From Lama guanicoe (Eukaryota), in NCBI GenBank assembly GCA_013239625.1, contig MU054187.1, positions 7,474,358 through 7,538,357 on the forward strand: a stretch of 64,000 bases of DNA, in the 5' to 3' direction. The position numbers and the translations under genes are program-made. This document shows, piece by piece, positions 48,801 through 61,830 of this stretch. Positions within the stretch are counted from its first letter, which is position 1. Each line of letters begins with the position of its first letter. Below the pieces are notes generated by a model that did no database searches, was not told the origin of the DNA, and saw only the letters and a program-made list of their open reading frames with translations.

Positions 48801-49339
48801 TAAATAATACTTTAAAAATTATGTTCTGTAATTGGTTTAAGCTTCTTTATTTCCTAAAATAACAAAATTATCTTCACCATTGCATTATTTAATTTAATTT
48901 AATAAATCAGTTATTAAGAGCCGACTAAAGGCGTGCCATCAAAGGGTACTGGGGTTGCGGAAGTGAACGTGGCTTGTGAATTTCAGGAGCTCATGATCGA
49001 ATTATACACATATCACACCAACGCGCGCACACACAGAGTAATGAAAGGTGTATCTCAGGCCTCCCAAGGTTGCTACAAGAATTAGAAGAACAAATAGAAA
49101 CAGGGCGATATGGAGGCATGTGAGCTGTAGTGTTTGGGGTTAAGAAGACTTGCTCGTCACCCCCGTCTCTGTCACTCACTCTCCACGTCACTCCAACAGA
49201 CTCCACATCCTCTCTGAGTCCTACTTTCTTCCTCTGTGGGATAAGACAGGATTCTTGTAAGAATTAGATAATATCACGAAAGTATACAAAGTACTGTTTC
49301 ATTTTCTCATCCCACAAACATTTAGACGCTTTCAGCCAC

Positions 49340-50400
49340 AATGCAACGTAGTAAGTGCTGAAACAGAAGACTAGATATGAGTTTGGACTTTTTTTTTTTT
49401 TGAAAGTGGAAGCCATTGACAACTTTAAAGCAAAATCTTACACTTTCAAATGTCCATTTGGAAGAAATAACGCTGGTCCTAATATAGTGAATAGAGTCAA
49501 GGAGACAGAATGGAGGGCAAGAGACTGTTTGTAGTTGTTGCAGAAGCCCTGTTACCCCAGGCACAGTGAGGCCACAAAGACCAAAATGTCGGAGTTTGGA
49601 GCAGAGGAAGGTTTTAAGGCTGAACAAGGAGAATGGACAGCTTGTGCCCCAATCCCCAAACTTTCTGATGGTTTTCAGGGAGGAGTTTTTAGAGGCAAAA
49701 TGTGGGAAGAGGGCTGCAGGGTGTGTGACTGCCTTCTGATTGGCTGGTGGTGAGCAGGTGGTGCTCAGCCTGAAGTGACCATCCTGCACCTGGGTGGGGG
49801 GGGGCCTGAGTTCCTGTGGAAGAACTCAGATACATTGTATGTATCTTATATGTTATGTATATTCCCTCAGGAGGAACCTGGCCCCTGCCCCGAGGCTGCA
49901 CTATTATTTCTTGACTGTTCCTCCCCTATTTCTGCATTCCCTCCCTTCCCTGATTAGTAACTGTTTGATCTGCCCTTTGGAACTCAGGGAAGGCCAAGGA
50001 GGCTGAAGGAAGCCAATTTCCTATGAACAAAACATGGGAAGAAGGGACACAGACAGGATTTGTACCAGGCAGGGCCCCACAGGGTCCCACAAGCATTGAG
50101 AAACAAAGACAATAAAATAGGACTAAACAAGAGGGTCTGGGTATAGGGCTATTAAGGAGGTGGCTCCTGGATGGATTGGATGTAAAAAAGGAGACCAATA
50201 TGGCCTGGGCTTAGGTGCCAAGGGGTACGAGAAAATAAGTAGGTGTTGGGTAAGGGACAATGAATTATCTTCTGGACGTGCTGAATTTGAAGTGCCTCTT
50301 GGGTAGGTAGGTGGTGATTTTTAAATAGGTATTTGGATTTTGAAGAGAAGAGCTAAGGAGAGGAGTCTAACCCAGAGACGTGGCTCTAGGCTCCGTGAAT
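49340..50400 (-). mobile_element. LINE-2 fragment split by an LTR insertion
   Basis: ggaagccattgacaactttaaagca before the LTR; ggacgtgctgaatttgaagtgcct after it. Confidence 0.55.
49550..50090 (-). mobile_element. ERV1 solo LTR (same family as 35219-35792)
   Basis: tgttacccc start; ggagtttggagcagaggaagg; cttctgattggctggtggtgag (antisense CCAAT); ggccccacagggtccc end. Confidence 0.8.
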
Positions 50401-50929
50401 TCACTAAGTCGCCCTCCCCTTTGTTATGTTTCAGAATCCACTGCCGGGCTGCACTGAGCAGTCAGCACAGGGGCTGAACCCTGGAAACCTGTTATCAGGA
50501 TGATGAGGGGACAGAGCTTGCCTTTTACTGGTATGAACATATCCAGAGGTTTCTTATTTACTGGAAAAACCGCTCATCTCACCATTCGTTCATTGCCATC
50601 TGGGACAAAGCAGTTGACAACAGCTGGTCCCGAGGTAACAGACTTGTTGGAGACCGATCAGTCAAAAGTGGTCACATTGGGTCTGATTCATGTCAGGAGT
50701 TGGAAAAGAAAGTCTCTGCTCTAAAAACTGTCATAGATACTACAACATGAGCAAGTGGGGAAAACTCTGGTTAAAAATTTATTGTTGAAAGACTCAGAAA
50801 TTTAATAAAAAAATTCCAGGAAATCAGAAGCTTCTGGTAATGAGTGAGTCACAGGGAAGGAATACTTCATCTCCTGGCCAGAGGGTGACTGTCTAATGAT
50901 GAAAAGTCATCTTTGCCTCCTCTGCCTGG

Positions 50930-51602
50930 GCGTTCATATCCACAGTCAGTTGCCAAGTGTTAGTTACTTGACCTCGTAGGTAATTATCGTCTCTTTCTTT
51001 CTTTTCCTTTTAATTCCTTGCACTGGCACTAATGATCTCAACTTGAGCTTTCACGCTAGGTTCCTTCCTACCTTCCAAACCATTCTACATACCGCACCAC
51101 ATTTATCTTCTTAAATCACTGAACACAGCCCAGGCTGGAATCCAGCTTCCTCAACAGTACACCCCCAAGCTGGCTTTCCTACCTCGTTCATTCGGCAAGT
51201 GTTGCAACTACAGCTAGAAGCTGGACTTTTTCTAAACACACATTACATTCTCCTCCGCCTGCATTTTAGCTCTTACTGTTCCTTCTGACATGCCCTTTCT
51301 CCGTCTTTGTTCTTATCCATCCACCTCTCCCATTGAACCCTGTCTTCAACAACCAGCCTAAATACCTCTTTTCTTAGGATGTACAACCTTATCACACTAG
51401 TTGGAAATCCATCCTTTTAGAGGAAACTTTGTTATACAGAATTTACCATCAGCTACTTTTAGAGATGGATGTAAAAATATTATTTTCTCTACTCAAATAT
51501 CAGCTCTCCTAGGACAGGAAAATGTTAGTGTGTTTTATTTTTGTATCCTGTATAGTGCCTTCCACCTGGTAGGTATTTATTAAATAACTATTGAATGAAT
51601 AA
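50930..51602 (+). mobile_element. LINE-2 3' fragment
   Basis: cagtcagttgccaagtg...ccattctacataccgcacc...agctctcctaggacagg...taaataactattgaatgaat tail. Confidence 0.7.
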
Positions 51603-51734
51603 CTGAGGCCATAGGTGATAAACCTTGCTTATTTTAAATTTATCAATTTTAGCATTTCTCAGAGCATCTCTCCTCCTCTCAGGAACAAACTTTGGCCAGG
51701 AAGTTATTCAGACAAATGTTCTGTTACAAATGAG

Positions 51735-52091
51735 TTTTTTTTTTTAAATTGAGTTATAGTTGATTTACAATGTTGTGTTAGTTTCAGGTGTACAACAAAG
51801 TGTTCAGTTACACACACACACACACACACGTATATTCTTTTCCAGATTCTTTTCCTCTATAGGTTATTACAAGATACTGAGTGTAGTTCCTTGTGCTGTA
51901 CAGTAGGTCCTTGTTGTTTATCTTTCTTATATGTAGTAGTGTGTACGTGTTAATCCCAAACTCCTAATTGGTCCCTCCCCTGCTTTCCCCTTTGGTAGCC
52001 ATAAGTTTGTTTTCTATGTCTGTGAGTCTATTTCTGTTTTGTAAAGAGGTTCATTTGTATTATTTTTTAAGATTCCATATATAAGTGATAT
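51735..52091 (-). mobile_element. LINE-1 3' tail (artiodactyl-type) containing (CA)n
   Basis: Poly-T; tagttgatttacaatgttgtgttagtttcaggtgtac...gtaggtccttgttgtttatc...agattccatatataagtgata. Confidence 0.9.
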
Positions 52092-52330
52092 GGGATAAAT
52101 TGTGTTTGTTTGGGATTACCAGATACAAACTATCGTATATAAAATAGATCAAATATGTAAACAACAAGGTCCTACTGTACAGCACAGGGAGCCATGGTCA
52201 ATATCCTGTGATAAACCATAGTGGAAAAGGATATGACAAAGAATATGTATGTATATGTGTGACTGAATCACTATGCTGTACTCCAGAAACTAACACACGA
52301 TTGTACACAGCTATACTTTAAAAAAAATCT
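52092..52330 (+). mobile_element. LINE-1 3' tail, inverted relative to its neighbour
   Basis: gggataaatt...tttgggattaccagatac...aacaacaaggtcctactgtacagcacaggg...ccagaaactaacac...poly-A. Confidence 0.9.
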
Positions 52331-52635
52331 AAAAATAAAAGCTGAACCCAGAAACAGAGATTAGAATGGTGGTTACTAGGGATTGTGGGCAGGAAATGAG
52401 ATGTTTGTTTGTCAGAGGATGCAAACGTCTAGTTATAAGATCAGTATGTTCTTGTCACTTAATATGCAACACGGTGACCATAATAAATAATACCTTGAAA
52501 GCTGCTAATGGTGAATCTTAAATGTTATCACCAAAAAGTTGATAATATAGGAGGAGATGGAGGTGTTAACTAATCTTATTGTAATAATTATTTCGTGATG
52601 TATATGTGTCAATAACATCTCAATAAAACTGGGAG
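52331..52635 (+). mobile_element. Older LINE-1 3' UTR fragment
   Basis: gaaacagagattagaatggtggttactaggg...gaatcttaaatgtt...atctcaataaaactggg. Confidence 0.8.
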
Positions 52636-53373
52636 GAAATGTGTTACAGAGTTACCCTCTTCTGAGAACACTCAGAGAAAACACCGATGCTTCCTCTGTC
52701 TGCACCCACTCCAGACACACATAATCTTCGAGGCCGTCTGTCTGCATGTCAGCAGTGGGCTGACAGTAGTCAAAGCACCAACACTAAGGGACTGAGGACA
52801 CAGATGAGTCCACAAGCTGAGTGAGTTCACAAGCTGTCCAGAGCAGCACTAGAAAATAAGTGATAAACCAAAATGCCCATGACTAAAGTGACCCTGTGAC
52901 TGCCTCCCAAAGCAGTCTCAATGTCATGATGATCAATTTTTAAAGCAATCTGTCTTTTAACATATTCTACTAATTGTTAGGAGACACTGTATATTAAAAT
53001 CTTAAGCTCCTTTTCTCCTAGTTTTAACCCACTTTATTCTGTCCTCTCATAGCATTCTCTCCTATCAACGTTCCTATGTACAAGGCCATTTTTATTCTCA
53101 TCTCTCTCCATACTGAGGCTCTCAAATCCTCTCAGCCAGTTCCTTCTCTTCTATGATGTCTATTTCAAGATTCCTGAGAGATTGACAAGCCCTAGAAATA
53201 CCACTCACCCATCTGCTTTCTTTCCCTTCTTTCATAGTTGGACCTAAACTTCACTCTCTTAACCACATCTTCCTAAATGCTGCATGACAATGACAAACCT
53301 GACATGCTCATAATTGACTGGCTCTCGTCTAAGCTTTGTGCACCTGCCAACTTTGGGAAAAGTGCTGAAGTTG

Positions 53374-53374
<1 letters not shown>

Positions 53375-53415
<41 letters not shown>
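53375..53415. repeat. Perfect (TG)20 microsatellite
   Basis: Uninterrupted TG run. Confidence 0.97.
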
Positions 53416-53418
<3 letters not shown>

Positions 53419-53754
53419 GGTGTCTGTGCTTCCGCCACAATGCTAGCTACACTTCTCTCCAGATGTTGAGATAAAGGTAATCATTTCTCCCTCCTCCTCC
53501 TTTTCCTTCTTTGTGTCTCTTTCTTTTACTCCTCTTTCTCTTCCTTCATCTTCCTCTTTTTTATTCTCCTCCTCGTCCTTTCTCTTCCTCTTCTTGTCTC
53601 TCCTCCACTAATTCCAACCTCATCTCTGGTTACAATTCCACCACTGCGCTTCTAATGATGTTTTCATCTTCGCCACCTCATTTTTTGCCAATTTCCCAGG
53701 TACTATGAAGTTTATAAGCGTCAATATGCGAATGATTTTAATTTTCATTTTGAT

Positions 53755-56640
53755 TTTTCTTTTTTCCTAGTTTTACTGAGCTATACTTGACAAGTAAAAA
53801 TCGAATAATTTAAAGCATGCAGCATGATGTTTTGATACATGTATACATTGTGAAATCAGTATCACTGATGAACAGATCCATGACCTCACAGAGTTACAAT
53901 TTTTTTGTGTGTAGTGAGAATTCTTAAGATTAAGTTTCTTAGACAATTTAAAGTATATAATACAGTGCTATTAACTATCATCACCTCGTTGTACATTAAA
54001 TCTTCAGAACTTACCATCCCACATGACAATGTTTGTACCCTTTGATCAACATCTATTGCCCTGTCCCCTTTCCCCATTGAGTATTCTTGGCTCTTTTGTC
54101 AAATATTAGTTGAGCAAATGTGTGGGTTTACTTCTGGTCCTTAGTTCTGTTTCATTGATTGATGTGTCTGTTTTTTAACCAGGACCATACAGTTTTGATT
54201 ACTATAGCTTTGTAGTAAAGTTTGAAATCAGCAACTGTGTTGCTTTTAGTCTTTGTTCTTCTTTCTCAGGATTATTTTGGCTATTTGGAGTCTTTATGAT
54301 TCCAAACTAATTTTAGGATTGCTTTGTCTACTTCTGTGAAAAAAAATCCTTAGAAATTGATAGTGATTGCATTGACTCTGTGCATGGCTTTGGGTACTTT
54401 GGATATTTTAGCAATATTAATTCTTCCAATCCATAAGCAAGGGATCTATTTATTTGTCTTATTCAGTTTCTTTCATCAATGTCTTGTAATTTTCAGCCTA
54501 CAGATTTTTTTTCACTTCCTGAATAAATTGTTTAAATTTATTCCTTCCTTTTCCATGCTATTGTAAATTGGGTGTTTCTTATTTATTTTTCAGATAGTTC
54601 ATTGTCAGTGTTCAGAAACGCAGCATATTTCTGTATGTTGACTTTGTATCTTGCAACTTTGCTGAGTTCCTTGATTAGTTCTATTAGCTTCTCTCTCTCT
54701 CTCTCTGTGTGTATGTGTAATCTTTGGAGTTTTCTCTATGTAAGATCATGCCACCTACAGAGACCATTTTACTTCTTCCTTTCCATTTTGGATGCCTTTT
54801 ATGTTATTAATTTTATTTTTTCTTGCTTAATTGCTCTGGCTAGAACCCCCAGTACTATGTGAATAGGAGGGGTGAGAGTGAGCGTTCTTGTATTTTTCCT
54901 GATCTAAAAGAAAAGGCTTTCAACCTTTCACCATTGAGCGTGATGTTAGTTGTCGTCCTCTTTGCTGTCTTTCTTTGTGAATTGATGATTTTAAATAGTG
55001 ATCTACTTTGGTTCTCTTCCGTTTATACTTTGTGTATTTATGAGCTTTTTACTGTGTGGTTATTATGCAGCTTACATAAAATCCAGATAAAACAGTTTAT
55101 TTTAAGCTGAGAATGACATACCTCAGTTGCACATAAAAGCTCTCCTGTTTTACACTCCTTCCCATAATTCTGTGTTTTTGATATCATCATTACCTCTTTT
55201 TAAGTTGTGTATCCATTATCAAACTATTGTAGCTATAGTTGCTTTTAATACCTTTGCCATTTAACCTGTATATCAGAGTTCAGTGATTATCTATCACACT
55301 GCCATTGTGCAGTACTAGAATGATCTGAACTTGCATATATACTTAGCTTTGCCAGTATGCCTTTTATTTTGATATTTTTTATTGTTACTAGTTAGTGTTC
55401 TTTCCTTTCAGCTTGAAAAACTCTTTTCAGCATTTCTTGTAAAGGCAGGTCTAGTGGTTATGAATTCTGTCAGATTTTGTCTGAAGAAGTTTTTATCTCT
55501 CCTTCATTTCTATAGGATAGCTTTGCCAGATAAAGCATTCTTGGTTGACTTTATTTTCTTTTAGAACTTTGAATATATCATCCCATGCTCTCTTGGCCAG
55601 CAAGACTTCTGCTGACAAATCTCAGATAGTCTTATGGCATTCCGTCATATGCAGAAGTTTTTTCTCTTGCTACTTTAAAAATCCCTTATCTTTGATTTTA
55701 GATAGTTTTATTATAATGTGTCTTGTTTTTTATTATCATGTGTCTTGGAGATTATTCTGAGTTGAAATTTTGGGGTGACCAGTTAGCTTCATGAACTTTG
55801 ATGTCTGTCTCCCCAAATTTGGGGTGTTCTCGGTCATTATTTCTTTAAATCAGCTTTGTGCTCTTTCTCCCTCTGTTCTTTTTCTGGATCTCCAATCACG
55901 TGTAGATTGTTTCTTTAATGCTATCCTATAATTCATGCAGAATTTCTTTTCTCTTTTTCACGCTGAGTTTTCTCAGGAACCTGCCAGGAGCCTGGTAACA
56001 TGGGAGTTGGCGAACTCAGAGGTGGTCTGGGAGCCTGGGTTTGCTCAAGTTCACGGGGAGGCTGGTGTCACAGGAGCTGCCGGGGTTCATGGAAGCCACC
56101 CAGAGCCTGGGTGAGCTGGGAGCTGGGTTTCGTTGAAATCACTTGGGGCTGTGGGAGCCAGAAGATGCTGGGGTGGGTCAGGGCCTGGATTTATGGGAGT
56201 CTGGTGCCACGGAAGCCACCTGGGACTGCAGGAGCCACTTGTGGCCACTGAATCCAGCATACACCAGGGTGAGCTGGGGGCCTGGGGTAGAGAGCTTGCT
56301 GGCAACCTGGTGACATGGAAGTCACCTGGGGCCGCTGGAGCAGGCAGGCACTGGGGTGAGCCATGGCCCAGGTGTGAGGGCCTCTGTGGGAGTCAGCCTG
56401 GTGCTGGCCATGGTCTGCGCAGTGTTGTAGACCATCGGCAGCATCGCCCCCTGTGTCTTCTCATCACCGGATCCAGGCAGGAGGAGCAGCCTCTGTCTGA
56501 GACATGGTGTAGTCAGGCAGAGGGCAAGAGGGTAGGAAACTGAGAGAGTGTATTTAGAACTCTGCATCCACAGGCATCACAACCCTAATGGTGAGGTGGA
56601 GCTGCACGGTCTGTCTCCTGCAAGGAGGCACCACAAGGGC
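53755..56640 (-). mobile_element. Old LINE-1 mosaic: 3' UTR, ORF2 piece, ORF1-side piece and probable GC-rich 5' region
   Basis: 3' UTR 53755-54070 like 379-803; ORF2 motifs tttgattactatagctttgtagta and ctttcaacctttcaccattgag; cagcatttcttgtaaaggcaggtctagtgg; repetitive GC-rich 55975-56560. Confidence 0.8.
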
Positions 56641-57984
56641 AGTGATGCATAATCTGCTTACATGTCAGGGAGAAAAATAATTTGAATGGTAAGAGGTGCC
56701 GTATTAGTAATCAGCTAGACCTTAGTTTTGTTATGGTGGTCTTTGGGGGTTCTGGGGGTATCATGGGAAGGAAAGAAGTCTTTGATTGCAGCTGAGGCAA
56801 AGAAAAGAATTTGAAAGTGTCCCATGTCCATCTATTCCCAGTTAGATCATACCATTCTACCCCTGAAATTAAAAATGAATTCAATATTTAAAATGCAAAT
56901 ATAATTAGACATGCAAAGAATATAACAATATGAAAAATGCAAAGGAATGCAAATATAAATTATGTAATTTATCTTTTTGACATATCTTGTCTGCGGAGAC
57001 TTGTGCTGACATAATTTCATCTTGTTTAGTTTGCAGATAAAAAGATAATCCCTGATACCATGTGAACTATATTGTGGAAAGCTCTTCTAAACCACTGTCT
57101 GGGGGAAAATACAGCTGGGCTTCCTCCTCACACTATTGACTAGTATGAAGGGAAATGGAAAAAAAAGTACAGTTTGACCTACAAAGGTCTTGCATCTCAA
57201 CTGAGTTAGCAATTTACCCCTCAACATATTTTTCTTTGAATTGCTTCCTTAACCACTGGGGGACGCCAGGCAGCAGGTGGACTTGAAAAGTAAGCCGTCA
57301 GCAGTCCCCTTCTTCCTGGTAACCACTCTCTGTAACCAGCTTCCCACTGCTGAGATTGAAAAGTCCAAGATATTAAGGTCTGAATTGAAAGGAAAACACC
57401 TCTATTTTAACTATAGCGCAGGACTCCGGCTTTTTAACACAGTTCTAGAAGAACCTTTGAGGTTACTTTTGCCCTAGCTCTTTCAGTCAACAAAATAAGA
57501 ATGCTAAGCTTAAAGTGCTGTGAAGGAGGATGTGAATATGAATGCATGTTTTGGAAGGGTAATCATCTTTCATTGGATGTCTTTTACCACCTTGGTGCCT
57601 TTTAACATCATTGGATGTTATGAAATCAGTGATACCATATTATACATTTGTATTAATTGCCGTGCTTGGGAATTAAGTCATTAGGTGAGATTTTAGCACC
57701 CCTTGTTGAAGCTCAAACTCCTATCCTGCTCTCATTTAAGAGGCCTTTTCCAATTACCCCAGTCCTCAATGAACTCTCTAAACTGTGACTTTATTTTTCA
57801 TCCTTCCCACAAGGAAGCCACTTACAGCTCAAATTATCAGTTACTAGGACAAAGGAAAAAAAAATGGGAAGACTGACTAGTTAAGTGAGTAAAAATGACA
57901 ATGCTCAAAGAATACCGCGTTGGAAGGCTGGACTCTTTAAAGTGGAAAGACGTCTTTGAGGTCTTTCCAACACATGCAAGGTAT

Positions 57985-58232
57985 CACTGGGGAGACAGCC
58001 AACAGAGTATGGATTCTGACCTCAGGTGACCTTGGTTCCAGCCCTGACTCCTCAAAATGTGTGGCCGTGCTCCATTTATTTTATCTCTGCCTCAACTCTG
58101 TCGTCTCTAACATGGTGATAATAACAGCGTCTCCCTCACAGGATTGTTGTGAGGGTTCCGTGAGATAAATACAAGGAAAATGCTTAGCGTAGCACTAGGC
58201 AGAGTAAGTGCTTACTGAGACGAGCTATTATT
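57985..58232 (+). mobile_element. MIR SINE
   Basis: ctctgcctcaactctgtcgtctctaacatggtgataataacag...cacaggattgttgtgaggg...gtaagtgcttac. Confidence 0.8.
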
Positions 58233-58701
58233 GTCACGTGCGGAACCCGTGCTAGGAACTAGGGCGAGGCTGCCGTGAGTGAGGCAGGGCATCCGGAGCC
58301 GGTCCCTGCTGCTACCAATTATCTTTTAAAATGACCATTTACCAAGCATTTAACAGATTTTGTAAAATATTAAATATTTTGTAAAATATTAAAGTCACTA
58401 TCTCAATACTGAAAACAACTCTTTTATCGTGTGGAAACTGAGGCTGAGGAAGCGGCACCCAGCAAGTACTTAGAAGACTCAGGAGTCGAACACAGTTCTC
58501 CCACCTGAATTCTGCAATTTAACACTCTCTCAAAGGGAGACACCCCGCAAAGGGGTGTAACGAGGGGCCAACAAAAGGACTATGGCAAAATAGGGCTGCT
58601 CCGGATGGGAGATCACTCCGGGGTAGCAGCTGCTGGGCAAACTCCACCAGGAACGTGACACTGGCTGAGCAGAATTGTCAGGGAGAGAAATACAGAGAGT
58701 T

Positions 58702-58781
58702 TTAGTTTGGACCATATGAACTCGCCATTTTTCTAGGTCAAAAAAAGTAAAATATTGTTAATTTCTTCTAGCTACCCTAGA
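58702..58781. mobile_element. MADE2-like mariner-derived MITE (~80 bp)
   Basis: ttagtttggaccatatgaactcgccatttttctaggtcaaaaaaag...aatttcttctagctaccctag with degenerate terminal inverted repeats. Confidence 0.7.
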
Positions 58782-59609
58782 ATAATTTGTGGCAATGGTG
58801 ATGACTTGGGCAAAGTTTGAAAAAATGGAGAGTTTCAGTCCTCTCTCAGGCTCCCTGATTTCAAGCGAGGGGTCTTGGATGTCAGAAAGAAAGAAAAGAA
58901 CCAGGAATGTGAACAGATTAGGATCCAGGGATTCTGGGAAAAGGAGAATTAATCTTTAATGGGATGAAGTTCAAGAATAAATTACTAATGCCATGTGTGG
59001 GAATTTTAAATCACTTTTGACATCTTTTTATTTTTAGATAACTTATGTAAGATATCAACAAATGATTTAATAAAAGCTGTACGGAACAGTGAGGGCAATG
59101 AAGATGTTGCCACAGAGTTACTTGAGGTTTTCCTGAAACACTGTAGGACTGGTCTGAAAACACAGCGTTCATTACTTCAAAAAGGGATGCATGTCAGACA
59201 CAAAGAACATTAAAATCTGCCAAGAATGTTTCCTTGACACCTGAGTGTAAGTATTTTACCCCACATGTTAAAAGGATGACTTTGCATTTTTCTGATTGAA
59301 AAGGAAAGACCGAAGTGGAAAATTGAAAGACTATAAGTATTCCCATTTCTGCAATGATCTTCTCTGTGTGGCTGCCCTTGGCGAGTATTTATCCGGAGAG
59401 CTCACGGCATCTGCACTGCCCTTTGCTCTGAACAGGCTCAGCCTGTGTTTCAGAAATAGTTCTTCAGAAGGGAGGGGAGGATGACATAATTCACAAAGGA
59501 CCCCAAGTACAAGGCTGTTGCCACCCCACCTACGCCAGTCTCCCAGGACTCTTCAACTATCCCAGAGAAACTAGTTTATTTTTAGAAGCTTCTGGAGATG
59601 AGGAAAAGA

Positions 59610-59830
59610 CACTGATATCTACTGACCATGCCAAATACTAGGCACTATGCCCGATCCCTTACATGCTTTGTTTCATTTAACCTCTGGACAACATGATTCT
59701 TATACCATTGTTATATTATCACTGTTACTATTTTACATACGGCAAACTGAGGCTTAGGGGCAAAAAGAGGCCTAAATTCACATCCTTTAATCTGAGCCTT
59801 GGTCTTCCTAATTCCGTTCTCTCTGCTGAA
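59610..59830 (-). mobile_element. MIR SINE
   Basis: tttcatttaacctctggacaac...tattttacatacggcaaactgaggcttagggg. Confidence 0.7.
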
Positions 59831-59925
59831 CATCATGGTGGCCTCTGATCAGACACCTTCTGTCTCATCTTGCTTCACCAGTTGTAGTAGCTAACAGTTT
59901 TGCTACCAGCCTCGTCCCCATAACG

Positions 59926-60139
59926 CAGTGCTTCTCAAACTGGGGGTGGTTTTGCCGTCAGAGGACATTTGGCAACATCTGGAGACATTGTGGGTCGTCA
60001 CATCTGGTGGGGGTGCTGCTGGCATCTTAGTGGGCGAACGCAGGAATGAGGCTGCGCGTTCCAGGAAGCTCTGGGCAGCCCCTGTAATGAAGGGTTATCC
60101 AACTCAAACTGCCAAGGATGCTGAGGTGGAGCTGCCCTG
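59926..60139 (+). mobile_element. MER20, near full length
   Basis: cagtgcttctcaaactggggg...ggacatttggcaacatctggagaca...gctgaggtggagctgccctg; CAG...CTG termini; 214 bp. Confidence 0.85.
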
Positions 60140-61714
60140 CCCTAAATCCTACACGCTTTCCTTTCCCTCATTCATCCTCAGGTTTCCTTGTTCTGGAAAT
60201 TTTTGTCGAGATTCTGACAACCCATTTTTATTTCTAGACAATTAGAAACGCTGAATAATTAATGCAATCTTCCCTTTATCAAAATTACATTATCATCTAT
60301 TTGTAGAGGTGATTAGCTAGATACTGCACCATGCTTCGATTTTGTTTCTTTCCATCGGGAACTTACAACCTGGGGCAGACATTTCCCCTCATGCAGAAGA
60401 GAATCCAGCAGGAATATAACACGGTATCAACAGCAAAGCCTCCCCACTCTCAGAGGTTAGTGGGCAGGGAAATGTTTTTCAGGTGAAGAACGAGGGCTAA
60501 GAGGAGAGGGCACTGCCGTCTTCCCCGGGGAGCTGGGGAGGTCACCACCTTCTGCCAGCTCCAGGCAGCGTAGCCACAGAAAGGATGCTGGGATTCAGAT
60601 TCCTACCAACAGTACCAAGGAATTCATTGTGGAGTTCGTGCGGGGATGTATAGTGTCAACACAGACGTACATTAACTCATAAATGACAGTACAATCAAAC
60701 TACCAAAGTTTTGTAACTCATTATGAGTAGTCAAGCTGTTTTAATGTTTTTAATTAAAACTAACAGTGCAAATAATAATAAAAAAAACCCCTTCTATTTC
60801 TTCTACAGCTTGTTTTTGGTTTAATTGATGGCCAGTCCTGCCCAGGATCTAGACTCTCTCTTGCACATTGTTTGGCCCCTGTAAACGCAGCTACAAGCCA
60901 ACAGTAATTCAGTTATCCTCCCTACTTGCAGCCTCCTTAATTGTTACAAATTCTTGAAACCAAAAGCGAATATTGATTGGCTATTCTTTGCAAAACAGGT
61001 TTGGTTGGGAGAGGCCATCACAGTCCTTTCAGGAAGAATAGCTCTGTAGGTTTCCACAAGGCCCACGGCAAGCGTAATTTATGGAAAGACAAGCTTCCCA
61101 AATCCTGAGTTCTTGAGGTTTCAAATTCCTTGAATTGTGGCTTTAACGGAAGAGCACAATGCTTCACCTGATGGCGTTCTCTCTGAGTGGCCACAAGAGG
61201 GCGCCTGAAGAACACAGTCCTCTTTGGAAGTGGGATTCCGGAAACCATCTCCTTTATTACCCAGCGTCCGCATCTGCACTTGGAGCAGGTGGAACCGATT
61301 CTCAGAACAATCCCTTACACATCTTTTTAACACGCTGTCTACACAGAAGAGGGAGAAAGAGAAGGCTCTGAAGGTTCCGTGAGATTTTCTATCCTGGGTT
61401 TCCAGAAACGTCTGGGAGAGGTTCGGCAGAGTCAGTTCCTGCTGGCGTCGCGCCCCGTTTGAGCTGGCACTGTCCCCGGGCCAGGAGTCGCCGGGGCTTC
61501 TGAGGCGACGAGCGGTTTGCGTGGCATAAATCACTCCAGGCTTCAGGGCTGCTCCACGTGATTAATAGAATCACTAACAAGATTGCACATCAGGGCCGAT
61601 GGTGTGCAGAAACCAAAACCAAGTTTAATTTAACTCATCTGTCATATCGAAGTGGATTATGTAACAGGCGTCCTCACCAATGTCTCTTTGGGCGTTTGTG
61701 TTTGTTTGATTGGC

Positions 61715-61830
61715 ATCTGTCTTCCCCCAGACTGTAAGCTCTGTGAAGACAAGACACGGACTTTTTCTCCATGTATCTCGAGTTCCTAGCAAATTCCTGG
61801 CTCGATTTAGATATTCTAATCAATGAATGA
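61715..61830 (+). mobile_element. LINE-2 3' end
   Basis: tctgtcttcccccagactgtaagctctgtgaagacaagac...aatgaatga. Confidence 0.75.

Noticed and set aside
54075..55960. L1 ORF1/ORF2 coding potential
   Set aside because: Heavily degenerate and internally deleted; no long minus-strand ORF remains.
58357..58393. 19-bp tandem duplication attttgtaaaatattaaa(t)
   Set aside because: Ordinary slippage duplication; similar ones at 13043, 18099 and 41669.
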